Part shown: in pieces, positions 47,186 through 55,310 of the stretch
How the letters are laid out: each line of letters begins with the position of its first letter
Numbering within the stretch: the first letter of the stretch is position 1
Source: a virus
Lineage: Duplodnaviria; Caudoviricetes
Strand: one strand, 5' to 3'
Length of the DNA stretch: 60,966 nt
Virus record (IMG/VR): IMGVR_UViG_3300044998_000129
Coordinates: 1 to 60,966 of that record
Translations under genes and position numbers: made by a program
Notes under the pieces: generated by a model
What the model was told of the DNA's origin: nothing
Seen by the model: the letters and a program-made list of their open reading frames with translations, nothing else
Databases searched by the model: none

Positions 47186-47275
47186 TTACTGCTCGCGGCA
47201 GACGAAGCACGGAGCGGAAACCCGGACGACCGGCGGATTGACCGGACAGGCGGGAACGCAGTTGAGACGACCCAT
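47186..47275 (-). CDS. 29 aa Cys-rich capsid linking peptide (not in the ORF track)
   Basis: MGRLNCVPACPVNPPVVRVSAPCFVCREQ; GAGGAG RBS. Confidence 0.7.
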   Translation of the reverse strand: MGRLNCVPACPVNPPVVRVSAPCFVCREQ

Positions 47276-47333
47276 CGGTTTATTCTCCTCTTTCAGTTAC
47301 ATCTGATCGGATGAATCAGACGATGACTTAACG

Positions 47334-47762
47334 TCATTTCTTTGTCGAACTTGAATCAGCCCAAGGCGGCACAACCGGCGCATCAGGGGCAGCGTCAGGG
47401 GCAGCGTCAGCGGGCGCGTCAGGGGCAGCGTCAGCACCCACGGGCGGATCAGCGGGCGCGTCAGGGGCAGCGTCAGCGGGCGCGTTATAGCGGTCCATCG
47501 CCCATTCTAGCGCAGCATCATCCGGGACGGTTGCATAGTTCAAGTTCAGCAACAATGTCCCAATACTCGATTCAAAAAGGCAAAGTTTGTCATCTTGATT
47601 CCATTCTACCTTAATCGAATCGGCTGTGACGTAAGGACGAAATGTAAAATACTTTCTACCCTCGAGAGTCATCCCCGTAAAATACTTCATTGTGACGCCG
47701 ATGTCGCCGTCCAAAGATTCGACGTATCCATCTGCACGCCTGTAGATATAGGGCATTTCCAT
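47334..47762 (-). CDS. Hypothetical head-region protein with an (APDA)n tail
   Basis: ATG 47762; 12-nt repeat at 47381-47484; ends VPPW. Confidence 0.65.
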   Translation of the reverse strand: MEMPYIYRRADGYVESLDGDIGVTMKYFTGMTLEGRKYFTFRPYVTADSIKVEWNQDDKLCLFESSIGTLLLNLNYATVPDDAALEWAMDRYNAPADAAPDAPADPPVGADAAPDAPADAAPDAAPDAPVVPPWADSSSTKK

Positions 47763-48087
47763 GGGCTCTGATCCTTGCTTTAACAAGCGGAGCATTCCGC
47801 ATGTCTAAGTCCTGCATGATGTAAAGCTGACAATCTTCTTCGACATCAAGCGTTATTGTTCGCTTCGGCATCGCTTGTGACAAACGAATTGTTGTTGGAG
47901 TTAGTAACTGCGGTTCATCCTGTTTAAGCATCAATTTTGAAGGCGGGATGTAAGGTGAAGGCTCGTAGTCACCAACCGATGAAAATACTTCGCAAAAAGC
48001 TGATTTCATACCTTTGCGAAGTGAAACAGTGAGTCGCGCAGTCTGGCCTCTGCGGACTCGATAAGGCCCTGCTACCTTTTGCCTCAT
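47656..48087 (-). CDS. Hypothetical head-region protein
   Basis: ATGA-coupled to the upstream gene; overlaps the downstream gene by ~107 nt. Confidence 0.5.
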   Translation of the reverse strand: MRQKVAGPYRVRRGQTARLTVSLRKGMKSAFCEVFSSVGDYEPSPYIPPSKLMLKQDEPQLLTPTTIRLSQAMPKRTITLDVEEDCQLYIMQDLDMRNAPLVKARIRAHGNALYLQACRWIRRIFGRRHRRHNEVFYGDDSRG

Positions 48088-48503
48088 GGCATCTTCGGAC
48101 CTTGCCGAAGCATTACGGCTCGAATACTTGAGGTAGAGCCCGAAATCGGAACAATCCGAACGAACGCATTCGGCCGACAGGGGATCGTGCCACCGCAAAT
48201 CGTGCGAACCGCAGTCCCGGCAGGAATTGTCACGCGAGCAGGTTCTGACGGTGCATTTGTAAAAGCCGGTTGAGAGCAAAGAGCGATTTCGGCTACCGGA
48301 GAAAACTGACCCGGAACGCAAGGGTCTTGCGTAGAAGGCGGAGCCGCTTCAAAACCGAACACAGCATTAACTGTAATCGGCCCGACGACTTCGAAAGACC
48401 ACGCAAACCGCGTGAACTTTCGGATGTCAAAAGAAAAGCTCTGCGCACCATCCCACGCAAGAGTTCCGACATTTTGAATGGCGATATTGGAGTTAACAGG
48501 CAT
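48084..48503 (-). CDS. Minor capsid/decoration protein
   Basis: Directly after the major capsid gene; AAGGAG RBS; DPCVPG.F..V.E...C. Confidence 0.7.
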   Translation of the reverse strand: MPVNSNIAIQNVGTLAWDGAQSFSFDIRKFTRFAWSFEVVGPITVNAVFGFEAAPPSTQDPCVPGQFSPVAEIALCSQPAFTNAPSEPARVTIPAGTAVRTICGGTIPCRPNAFVRIVPISGSTSSIRAVMLRQGPKMP

Positions 48504-48610
48504 CGAAGGTATCTCCTTCAGGGGTTGCGGAAACTAGTGCTTTGATCTAGTCGGTCAATCTTGCGTGAAAGACCTGATTCCGTAGTTCTCTACTCGATTT
48601 TTGACCTCAG

Positions 48611-48634
48611 AACGGTGGCCCGAAGGCCACCGTC
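48611..48634 (-). terminator. C(UUCG)G hairpin after the capsid gene, built from two octamers
   Basis: Minus strand gacggtggcc-ttcg-ggccaccgtt. Confidence 0.65.
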
Positions 48635-48641
48635 AATCTTA

Positions 48642-50096
48642 TCAGTTCGCGCCAGCGACGAGAATTCGGGCAGCAGGGCAGCACATGACAAACCCGCCGT
48701 CTTTCGCCCCGAATTGATACTTGACGCACCAAGCTGTCGAACCGCCTTCATACTGTTCCATGAACATCGGGCGATGGTCAACAGCCGCAAAAGCCATGTT
48801 CCAAACGCCAGCCGCCATGATGAAGGAACCTGCCGCGAAAGGTTGAGCGGTAGAACCGAGCGTGCCACCTTCGGTCGGGTCAGGCAAGCAGTTCGAAATA
48901 CGAATCCGCTCACGAACGTCATCCGGCGAGAACGACATCAGACCGTCGCCAAACAGGAAGCGTCCGTCATTGTCCACCATCGAAGCGAAGTAGGCAAACA
49001 CGTTTTGGTGCATCACCGCGATGACGGGACCACCGTATTCAACAGGATGCGAAGCCCAGAATTGGCGCAAATCTTGATGAGTCGGGTTTTGCGCAGGCGT
49101 AGCAACCTTTGTGAAGCAGTCTTGCGTGAGCCAGCCCATCGGTTCGTTGATACCATCGCCGGTAATCAGAGCCTGGTTGCGGTTAATCCGATAGGACCGA
49201 GCCGCCGCCCGCATCATGAAGCCAAGCAGGTCGTAGTTTGCTTCGCGCAGGGTATCACGTTGGAAGCAGAACACGCCGCGATAGTCATAGGTGTGGCCGT
49301 TCTTCCAAGTGATGTTGCCTTCGGGACCATATTCAGCGTCGCATTTCGCATCGCAATCATACTTCCCAATGTCGCCGTAGCTTTGAACATGCGGAAACAT
49401 GAATGTCGAGCGAGACACCGACACTTGAGCGTAAAGGTCAAGCATCGAAGCACATTCGATCTCGCAGTCGATCTCAATTCCGAGCATTTCGGGCGAGAAG
49501 AACGCAGCGTCGAGAGAAGCCGCATCAAACGCTTTACGTTCTGCTTCCGTAAAATCACGAATGATCTTGGCTTTTGATTCCAAACCAACGCGCATCAGCT
49601 TGCGAACCGCGGAGCGGTAATCCGAAGGCGTAACAAGATCATCAAGATTTTCACGAAAATCTTCGTGCGAGCCACCCTTGTAGATATGAACCCGACGCTG
49701 AAGTTCGATTGCCGCACGGCGGTCAGAATCTTCAAGGTCTTTGCCACCCCGATAGAGCGGACTGTCCATTTCCTTCTTGATAGTATTGACAGCTTCCTCG
49801 CAAGCCTGAAGTTTTGCCATTGCGTCAGCGACGGCATCAGACATTTTCGACAGCTTGTCGCGGGTTTCACCGTCGGCCCTGGAAATGTCGCCAATGGACT
49901 TTTTCAGATTCGACAGCTCTGTTGCATTGGATTCGAAATCGCCCTTAAACTTCTTGACCAAGGACACAGCATCGCTAAGTTCTTTGGTAAGAACTTCAAG
50001 CCCTTCGTCACGCAGCTTGTGATCCGCAGGGGCATCTTTCTTGATAAATGCTCCGCGAAGCGGCGTCAACGCAGTTGAATTCTTAGTATCGTGCAT
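48642..50096 (-). CDS. HK97-fold major capsid protein with N-terminal delta domain
   Basis: Coiled-coil N-terminus, LITGDG.NEP.G, VDNDGRFLF; about 11 Cys; ATG 50096. Confidence 0.92.
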   Translation of the reverse strand: MHDTKNSTALTPLRGAFIKKDAPADHKLRDEGLEVLTKELSDAVSLVKKFKGDFESNATELSNLKKSIGDISRADGETRDKLSKMSDAVADAMAKLQACEEAVNTIKKEMDSPLYRGGKDLEDSDRRAAIELQRRVHIYKGGSHEDFRENLDDLVTPSDYRSAVRKLMRVGLESKAKIIRDFTEAERKAFDAASLDAAFFSPEMLGIEIDCEIECASMLDLYAQVSVSRSTFMFPHVQSYGDIGKYDCDAKCDAEYGPEGNITWKNGHTYDYRGVFCFQRDTLREANYDLLGFMMRAAARSYRINRNQALITGDGINEPMGWLTQDCFTKVATPAQNPTHQDLRQFWASHPVEYGGPVIAVMHQNVFAYFASMVDNDGRFLFGDGLMSFSPDDVRERIRISNCLPDPTEGGTLGSTAQPFAAGSFIMAAGVWNMAFAAVDHRPMFMEQYEGGSTAWCVKYQFGAKDGGFVMCCPAARILVAGAN

Positions 50097-50119
50097 ATCT
50101 ATTCTCCGCAACGATGGTT

Positions 50120-50893
50120 TCAGAAAAGCCCTTTTAGTTCACCAATCAAGGTGTTAAGAGCGTTTATTTTCTCCTTCGCCACCTGGGCGGGTTGAGGCGT
50201 TTCCGCCGAAGCCGGTTTGAACAGCTCTAGGTTCTTCTTAACTACCTGAGTCAAGCGTGCTGCAACATTCCGACTTTTGACAAGCCCTTCGCGAACCAGC
50301 GCCTTTTCGAGCTCGGCAATAGAGGCAAACACCATATCTTCGTCATCGGTGTTTGATTCTTTTAGATAGGTCATTATTGCTTCCGGATTTCCAGGAAACA
50401 CGACCAACGAGATTTCTTCGAGTTCTCCTTTGTTGATCTGAAGATACTCGGTCTTATCAGGCGTTTGTTTGAATTCGTATTCTTCTAGATAGAAACCAAC
50501 CGAAAAGCTAAAGCCACCAACCATTTTAGCGGCTTCGTAAGCATCCCGAACATAGCTAATATTCAAATTCAATTGGGCTTCGATCCAAAGACGCTCGCCG
50601 CGCGTTTCCAAAATGCGAATAGCTCCGGCAGGCTTGTCTCGATCATGTCCGATGAGCAACTTAATTCCCTTTGGACCATTCAAGCCTTTACGCGCAATAG
50701 ACTCAGCAAAAGCGTTAACCATGACCACATGATTATAATAGTCAAGATCAGGCGTCGAAGCCCATCCCGCTATATAGCCGTCCGGCTTTTCGCCAAGCTC
50801 TTTCAGTTCAAAATCGGTGGCCGGAACATATTTCAGGTCCAGCCATTGCCGCCGAGCAGGGGCTTCCTTCTCAATTTGCCGTTTGCTGGTCAT
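50120..50893 (-). CDS. HK97-type prohead protease
   Basis: GWAST, LLIGHD, FSVGF, LEEISLVVFPGNPEA. Confidence 0.92.
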   Translation of the reverse strand: MTSKRQIEKEAPARRQWLDLKYVPATDFELKELGEKPDGYIAGWASTPDLDYYNHVVMVNAFAESIARKGLNGPKGIKLLIGHDRDKPAGAIRILETRGERLWIEAQLNLNISYVRDAYEAAKMVGGFSFSVGFYLEEYEFKQTPDKTEYLQINKGELEEISLVVFPGNPEAIMTYLKESNTDDEDMVFASIAELEKALVREGLVKSRNVAARLTQVVKKNLELFKPASAETPQPAQVAKEKINALNTLIGELKGLF

Positions 50894-52214
50894 GCTGGTT
50901 CTCCTGATTTGGAGCGCCGTTTTCATCCGTAGCTCCAGCTTCTGCTCCTTCTGCCGCACCTACCTTAAACGGGGTGGCCGGAAGTTCCGTTGTGGCAGGC
51001 CATCCGAACATAGCCCGTTTCTCGTTAGTTGTCAAGAAAGACACAAATGACATGGCGCGCATTGCTTCAGTCCGGGCTTCTACCATAGTCGGGATCGACT
51101 CCATGTCAGGGAAGATACGAACGCCCGGAGGGCACAAAGCCCGAGTTAATCCTTCAAACAAAGGTTCGATATACGAAGGCAAGAGCGTATCTTGCCAAAA
51201 CGAAAGTCGGCTATCTTTGAAATTACCCGTAAACTTCGCAGCATCAGCCGCCCCGAGGCCGCTAATTGCTAGCGGGATACCGAAAGCCCCAAAAATGAGC
51301 CGGGCCATGTCGTCGCTCGGTAGCTTGCTGTGAATGTCAGACAGGTCGTTATCCAATTTGTGGATTTCAATTTCGCCTGCATTTTGTAGAACAGGGACTG
51401 TCCCCGATCCAGCACCACCGGAGGCTGATTCTTGCCCAAGATGCTCTTTTAGTGCTTCAAGCTGAGGAACAGTAAGTGTTTTAGAGCAAGTCACCATATA
51501 ACGAACATTCGGATGGCCCGAAGCAGCTTTAACAGCACGCTTCAAAAGCTCGGTGATAACTTGCGCCGGAAGACCGATTGCTTGAAGCGGATTATTAATG
51601 TCCTCTCGATTTTGGTATCCCTTGAGACCAGGACGCCAGATTTGTGTCACAAAGCCTTTCGAGTCACGACCATTTCGTTCCCAAGAATACTTTGACTGAA
51701 AAGTTTGCTTAGGCGATGTCCCATAGACATACTCAACCACAATACCACGCTCGTTCAAAACAGCTTGGACGTGGCGAGTTTCCAATGGATAAATTCCGTT
51801 TGGTCTTTCACGATCAGTCGCCATATAGGAAATTCGCAACGGAACTCGACCGTAGCCCGCGAAATTCAGTGTCATCCAATAGCGAAGCTGAGCCGGAGTC
51901 ATATCTGGATTCGGGTAATCCAGCAAAGCCTGAATATTCTTAACCACCGATGCCTTGTTCTGCTGATCGGCTTTTGGTGCTCGCGAATCAACATCAGCAA
52001 TCCAACGAACTTGCTGAACAGATTCTGAAATCTTAACAAGGGCTCGGTAAACGATGGGATGTCGAAGTGCCATCTCTAGAGAGATGTAATCCGACATTTT
52101 AATGACAGCAACACCAATACCAGAATTCAAATAGAAAACTTGCGGTTGAAGCGGTGCATCAACCGGGCTTTGAGGTGGAGCAGCTTTAGGTGCAAATAAC
52201 CTCGGAAGCCTCAT
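50871..52214 (-). CDS. HK97-family portal protein
   Basis: P.VYRA...ISES, LLDYPNP.MT, AFGIP, LTTNEKR. Confidence 0.92.
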   Translation of the reverse strand: MRLPRLFAPKAAPPQSPVDAPLQPQVFYLNSGIGVAVIKMSDYISLEMALRHPIVYRALVKISESVQQVRWIADVDSRAPKADQQNKASVVKNIQALLDYPNPDMTPAQLRYWMTLNFAGYGRVPLRISYMATDRERPNGIYPLETRHVQAVLNERGIVVEYVYGTSPKQTFQSKYSWERNGRDSKGFVTQIWRPGLKGYQNREDINNPLQAIGLPAQVITELLKRAVKAASGHPNVRYMVTCSKTLTVPQLEALKEHLGQESASGGAGSGTVPVLQNAGEIEIHKLDNDLSDIHSKLPSDDMARLIFGAFGIPLAISGLGAADAAKFTGNFKDSRLSFWQDTLLPSYIEPLFEGLTRALCPPGVRIFPDMESIPTMVEARTEAMRAMSFVSFLTTNEKRAMFGWPATTELPATPFKVGAAEGAEAGATDENGAPNQENQHDQQTAN

Positions 52215-52223
52215 AGCAGACCC

Positions 52224-53447
52224 TTAGATATACAAGACATCGGCGGCCTGTTCACCAGAGTAGGAAATTGTCAAATCTTCAACCGCATATCTTATGGCAT
52301 CAATACAATGATCGTTCTGATTAGGAGCCGGAAGAGGCAGCGGTTTTCCGTTAGGGTCTGTATGCCATTTATAGTCTCGGATTTCATCAGCTGTCACCGG
52401 ACAATCGGGCGAAATAACAAGCTCAAAACCTTGCAACCAGTTAATTCCATTTTTGACTGAACCAGCACCTTTTCTTGCACTGTGAATACTGAATCCCTTG
52501 GATTGTAGGTATTCAATTGTTTCAGGTCTTGCACTATCTGCGGTAATCGGCCAGTCACGAATTTCAGTAATGGTGTCCATCAGCGCGGGCAGGTCGCGGT
52601 TAGAAACTTTATAGCCTACAGCTTCTTCCGCAATATAGACAATACCCTCGTCTTCAAGCACATAGAGTTTAATGATGACGTTTGGGTCCGAGCCGTATCC
52701 AAAATCTTCACCAAAGCGAGGACGAATCTTTGGAGGAACATCAATTCGACCGACACGCCAGTTATCGAAGATCGCGACATCGGGATTTTCGTCGTAACCA
52801 CCTTCCCAGATATGAACATGCCGTTTTGGATTCTTCAGCGACCGGCGATATTCCGAGGGCATCCGGGTCTGCATGAAGTAGGGGTTATCTCGCCAGCTTA
52901 CTTTTCGGATATACGACCGTTCCGGAATATTAGCTCCACGAAAAAGATTATCAACTGGGTCTGTGCGATAGCGCGGATTCCACGACCAAATCATTCGCGA
53001 CCCTAGCGTCCGAACAGTCGGGATAATAATTTCAACCGACTTAGCCGTAAACATATGCGCTTCTTCGCCCCAGAAGATAGTGCAACCTTCCAAAGACTTT
53101 GCACTGTCGGGGTTACGATCCATACCAATGAAAGAGAATCTTGATCCAGTCGAAACGTTAACAAGTTCTCTTTCTGTTTCAGTAAAGAACGCTGACATAT
53201 TCATTTTCTTGATTTTAATTTGCAGCAGTTCTTTCACTGAGTCTTTGATCGAGTTTTGAAACTGACGACCGCAGACAATCCGCTCCTCTTTCTTACACGA
53301 AGCACCAATGATCGCTTCCCCAATACTATGTGACTTTGCGCCTCCACGGCCACCGTAGAAGGCGTAGTGCTCGATAGGTTCTTGGGTATCTGGAAACTTA
53401 CCAGTCCAAAGCGGTAGGTAAACTTCCGGAACGATCAAGTTATCCAT
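52224..53447 (-). CDS. terL: Terminase large subunit (PBSX family)
   Basis: YGGRGGAKS, GEEA, SWNP, DFGY..DP, ADSARPE, NDHCIDAIRYA. Confidence 0.95.
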   Translation of the reverse strand: MDNLIVPEVYLPLWTGKFPDTQEPIEHYAFYGGRGGAKSHSIGEAIIGASCKKEERIVCGRQFQNSIKDSVKELLQIKIKKMNMSAFFTETERELVNVSTGSRFSFIGMDRNPDSAKSLEGCTIFWGEEAHMFTAKSVEIIIPTVRTLGSRMIWSWNPRYRTDPVDNLFRGANIPERSYIRKVSWRDNPYFMQTRMPSEYRRSLKNPKRHVHIWEGGYDENPDVAIFDNWRVGRIDVPPKIRPRFGEDFGYGSDPNVIIKLYVLEDEGIVYIAEEAVGYKVSNRDLPALMDTITEIRDWPITADSARPETIEYLQSKGFSIHSARKGAGSVKNGINWLQGFELVISPDCPVTADEIRDYKWHTDPNGKPLPLPAPNQNDHCIDAIRYAVEDLTISYSGEQAADVLYI

Positions 53448-53448
53448 G

Positions 53449-53625
53449 TCACACAGTTCGGCGAACTATTGGCGTTCGGGGCGCTCGCGTGATAGTCGCA
53501 CTTTGGTATGTTTTGGCGACTTGAGCTTGACTGTTGCTTGATTGAATATTTGGATTAACGACTACCGATGCTTGTCGGTTTCCGCTTTGACGACTGATTT
53601 TCTTACCACCGCATCCGCAACCCAT
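53449..53625 (-). CDS. 58 aa basic protein starting MGCGCGG (not in the ORF track)
   Basis: AAGGAG RBS; fills the gap and ends 1 nt before the terL start. Confidence 0.7.
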   Translation of the reverse strand: MGCGCGGKKISRQSGNRQASVVVNPNIQSSNSQAQVAKTYQSATITRAPRTPIVRRTV

Positions 53626-53635
53626 ATTTGGCTCC

Positions 53636-53920
53636 TTAGAAGATCGAGTTGATAATACCCATGAAAGCGAGGGCCAACGTGGCTCCGATCACAATTCCGC
53701 GGAACAACAAGCAGCAGCCGCAGGAAGTCCAAAAGTAGTTAGAAAACTTTGAAGTCCAATGTGACGGAGTAGCGCACCAAGTCGGCATAAGTTTCTGGCT
53801 TACCCAAGCCATAGCATTTGAAATCCAATTATCTTCCCACTCGACTTCATCATTAACAACGCCGTAGTCAAGTTCGGAAGGATAATTTGTCTTAGGTCGA
53901 AAGAAAAAAGGGTTTGTCAT
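53636..53920 (-). CDS. Membrane protein with a CGCC motif
   Basis: 94 aa with a C-terminal hydrophobic helix. Confidence 0.7.
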   Translation of the reverse strand: MTNPFFFRPKTNYPSELDYGVVNDEVEWEDNWISNAMAWVSQKLMPTWCATPSHWTSKFSNYFWTSCGCCLLFRGIVIGATLALAFMGIINSIF

Positions 53921-54162
53921 AGTTCCGGCGGCTCCTCAACCGACATCATGACCGGGGGATGACTTGTCCCTAAAATTGACAAACGAACAGAGCCGCCACG
54001 AAGCAATACAGAGAGTTCAGCGGGCGTAGGTTCCCATGCCGAAGTCATCACGTTGATAGGGCAACCGTCAAGAACCATAACTTCATCGCGAATCGCAAGC
54101 GGTCGATGCTCTTTACCGCCTGATAGAACTCTGGTTGTATCCTTGACTCGAAGCGGTAGCAT
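53917..54162 (-). CDS. Conserved hypothetical phage protein
   Basis: MTSAWEPTPAEL..L..GG.V.L.ILG..HPPV. Confidence 0.75.
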   Translation of the reverse strand: MLPLRVKDTTRVLSGGKEHRPLAIRDEVMVLDGCPINVMTSAWEPTPAELSVLLRGGSVRLSILGTSHPPVMMSVEEPPEL

Positions 54163-54383
54163 TACTTTTGCCCTGTCATTTCAACAAGTTGGCGAAGAAG
54201 TGGAAATGTCTGAATAAAAATCATGACACCAGAGACCATCCAGATAATTCGCTCTAAAATGGTCAATCTTTGTGTATGAGAATCAAGACGTTCAGCATGT
54301 GATTTTGTAATTTGCTGTAACATCTTAACTTCTCCTTCCAAAAGACCATCCTCGTAAGTCTTTGGCGCCATCATATTCTCCAT
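54162..54383 (-). CDS. Small coiled-coil plus transmembrane protein (XhlA-like topology)
   Basis: HAERLDSH..RL..LER followed by a hydrophobic segment. Confidence 0.65.
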   Translation of the reverse strand: MENMMAPKTYEDGLLEGEVKMLQQITKSHAERLDSHTQRLTILERIIWMVSGVMIFIQTFPLLRQLVEMTGQK

Positions 54384-54413
54384 GGTCTTTCGAAGTAGTC
54401 CAGCAGGGAGGCT

Positions 54414-54486
54414 CTAAGAACACATGCTCTCCGCGCACGGAGACCCTAAGAACACATGCTCTCCGCGCACGGAGACCCTAAGAACA
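54414..54486. repeat. Exact 32 bp tandem duplication, each unit containing a hairpin
   Basis: ctaagaacacatgctctccgcgcacggagacc twice plus a partial copy. Confidence 0.9.
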
Positions 54487-54509
54487 AAGAACCTCCCAGC
54501 AAGGCCACC

Positions 54510-55310
54510 TCACCTTCCTCGCACAAATTGAAAATACAAGTAATCTCCGTCTCCAACGATTTGCGGCTGGTTATTATTTCCATAGCTAATAGGAAACGAA
54601 TTACTTGCTGTTTTAGCAGTAGCTTTGATAATTTTTGACAAAGGACCTACAATTCTGTCTCCAGGATGTGAAGCATTTGGATCTTTTACAGAAAAGGCAA
54701 AGGCAAAGTAAGTGTTTTCATATCCATGATATTTAGGAACTTTTGAAAGCGGATTAAAAATGCTAAGCGAAAAAGATTGAGCATATCGTCGATCTTCGAG
54801 AAACGTAGGACGAAGCATTTTTATAAAAGTATGGTTAAGAGAAAAACTAAAAACTCTAATAAGACCACGCCGAAAATAATGCTCTAGTTGTATCCGGCCG
54901 CCAGTCGCAAATTCGCCATCAACAGGCGTAATTGCCCATTTGGAGCGGCGAATTGCCGTGCCGTCTGGATTGTTTTGAGTGCCGTTGCCGATACCACCAC
55001 CTGTCTTTAATACAGGATCATCAGGAAATGACCATCTTCTAGTATGTCGCTCTCGCGTGTTTGGGCGACCTAGCGGGTCTTTTCGAGTATGTCGGCACCA
55101 AGCAAGCTCCAGCCAAGGGTCTTCGGCAGCCTTAAAACTCTCCGGAACGGTTTGAAATCTAACGTAGACTTCATGAAACCAATTAACCGGATCGTTAGAA
55201 AAGTTCGAAATACCAGAGCCGCTGCGCTTAACAAGAACAACGTTTGGAACTGGAATGTCAATCCCAGCGTTTTTAGCTTGACGAACGTTATAGGTGTTGA
55301 CGCCGATCAT
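54510..55310 (-). CDS. Hypothetical late protein
   Basis: 266 aa, TAATG-coupled. Confidence 0.7.
   Translation of the reverse strand: MIGVNTYNVRQAKNAGIDIPVPNVVLVKRSGSGISNFSNDPVNWFHEVYVRFQTVPESFKAAEDPWLELAWCRHTRKDPLGRPNTRERHTRRWSFPDDPVLKTGGGIGNGTQNNPDGTAIRRSKWAITPVDGEFATGGRIQLEHYFRRGLIRVFSFSLNHTFIKMLRPTFLEDRRYAQSFSLSIFNPLSKVPKYHGYENTYFAFAFSVKDPNASHPGDRIVGPLSKIIKATAKTASNSFPISYGNNNQPQIVGDGDYLYFQFVRGR

Noticed and set aside
48561-49577. 338 aa + strand ORF
   Set aside because: Antisense shadow of the major capsid gene
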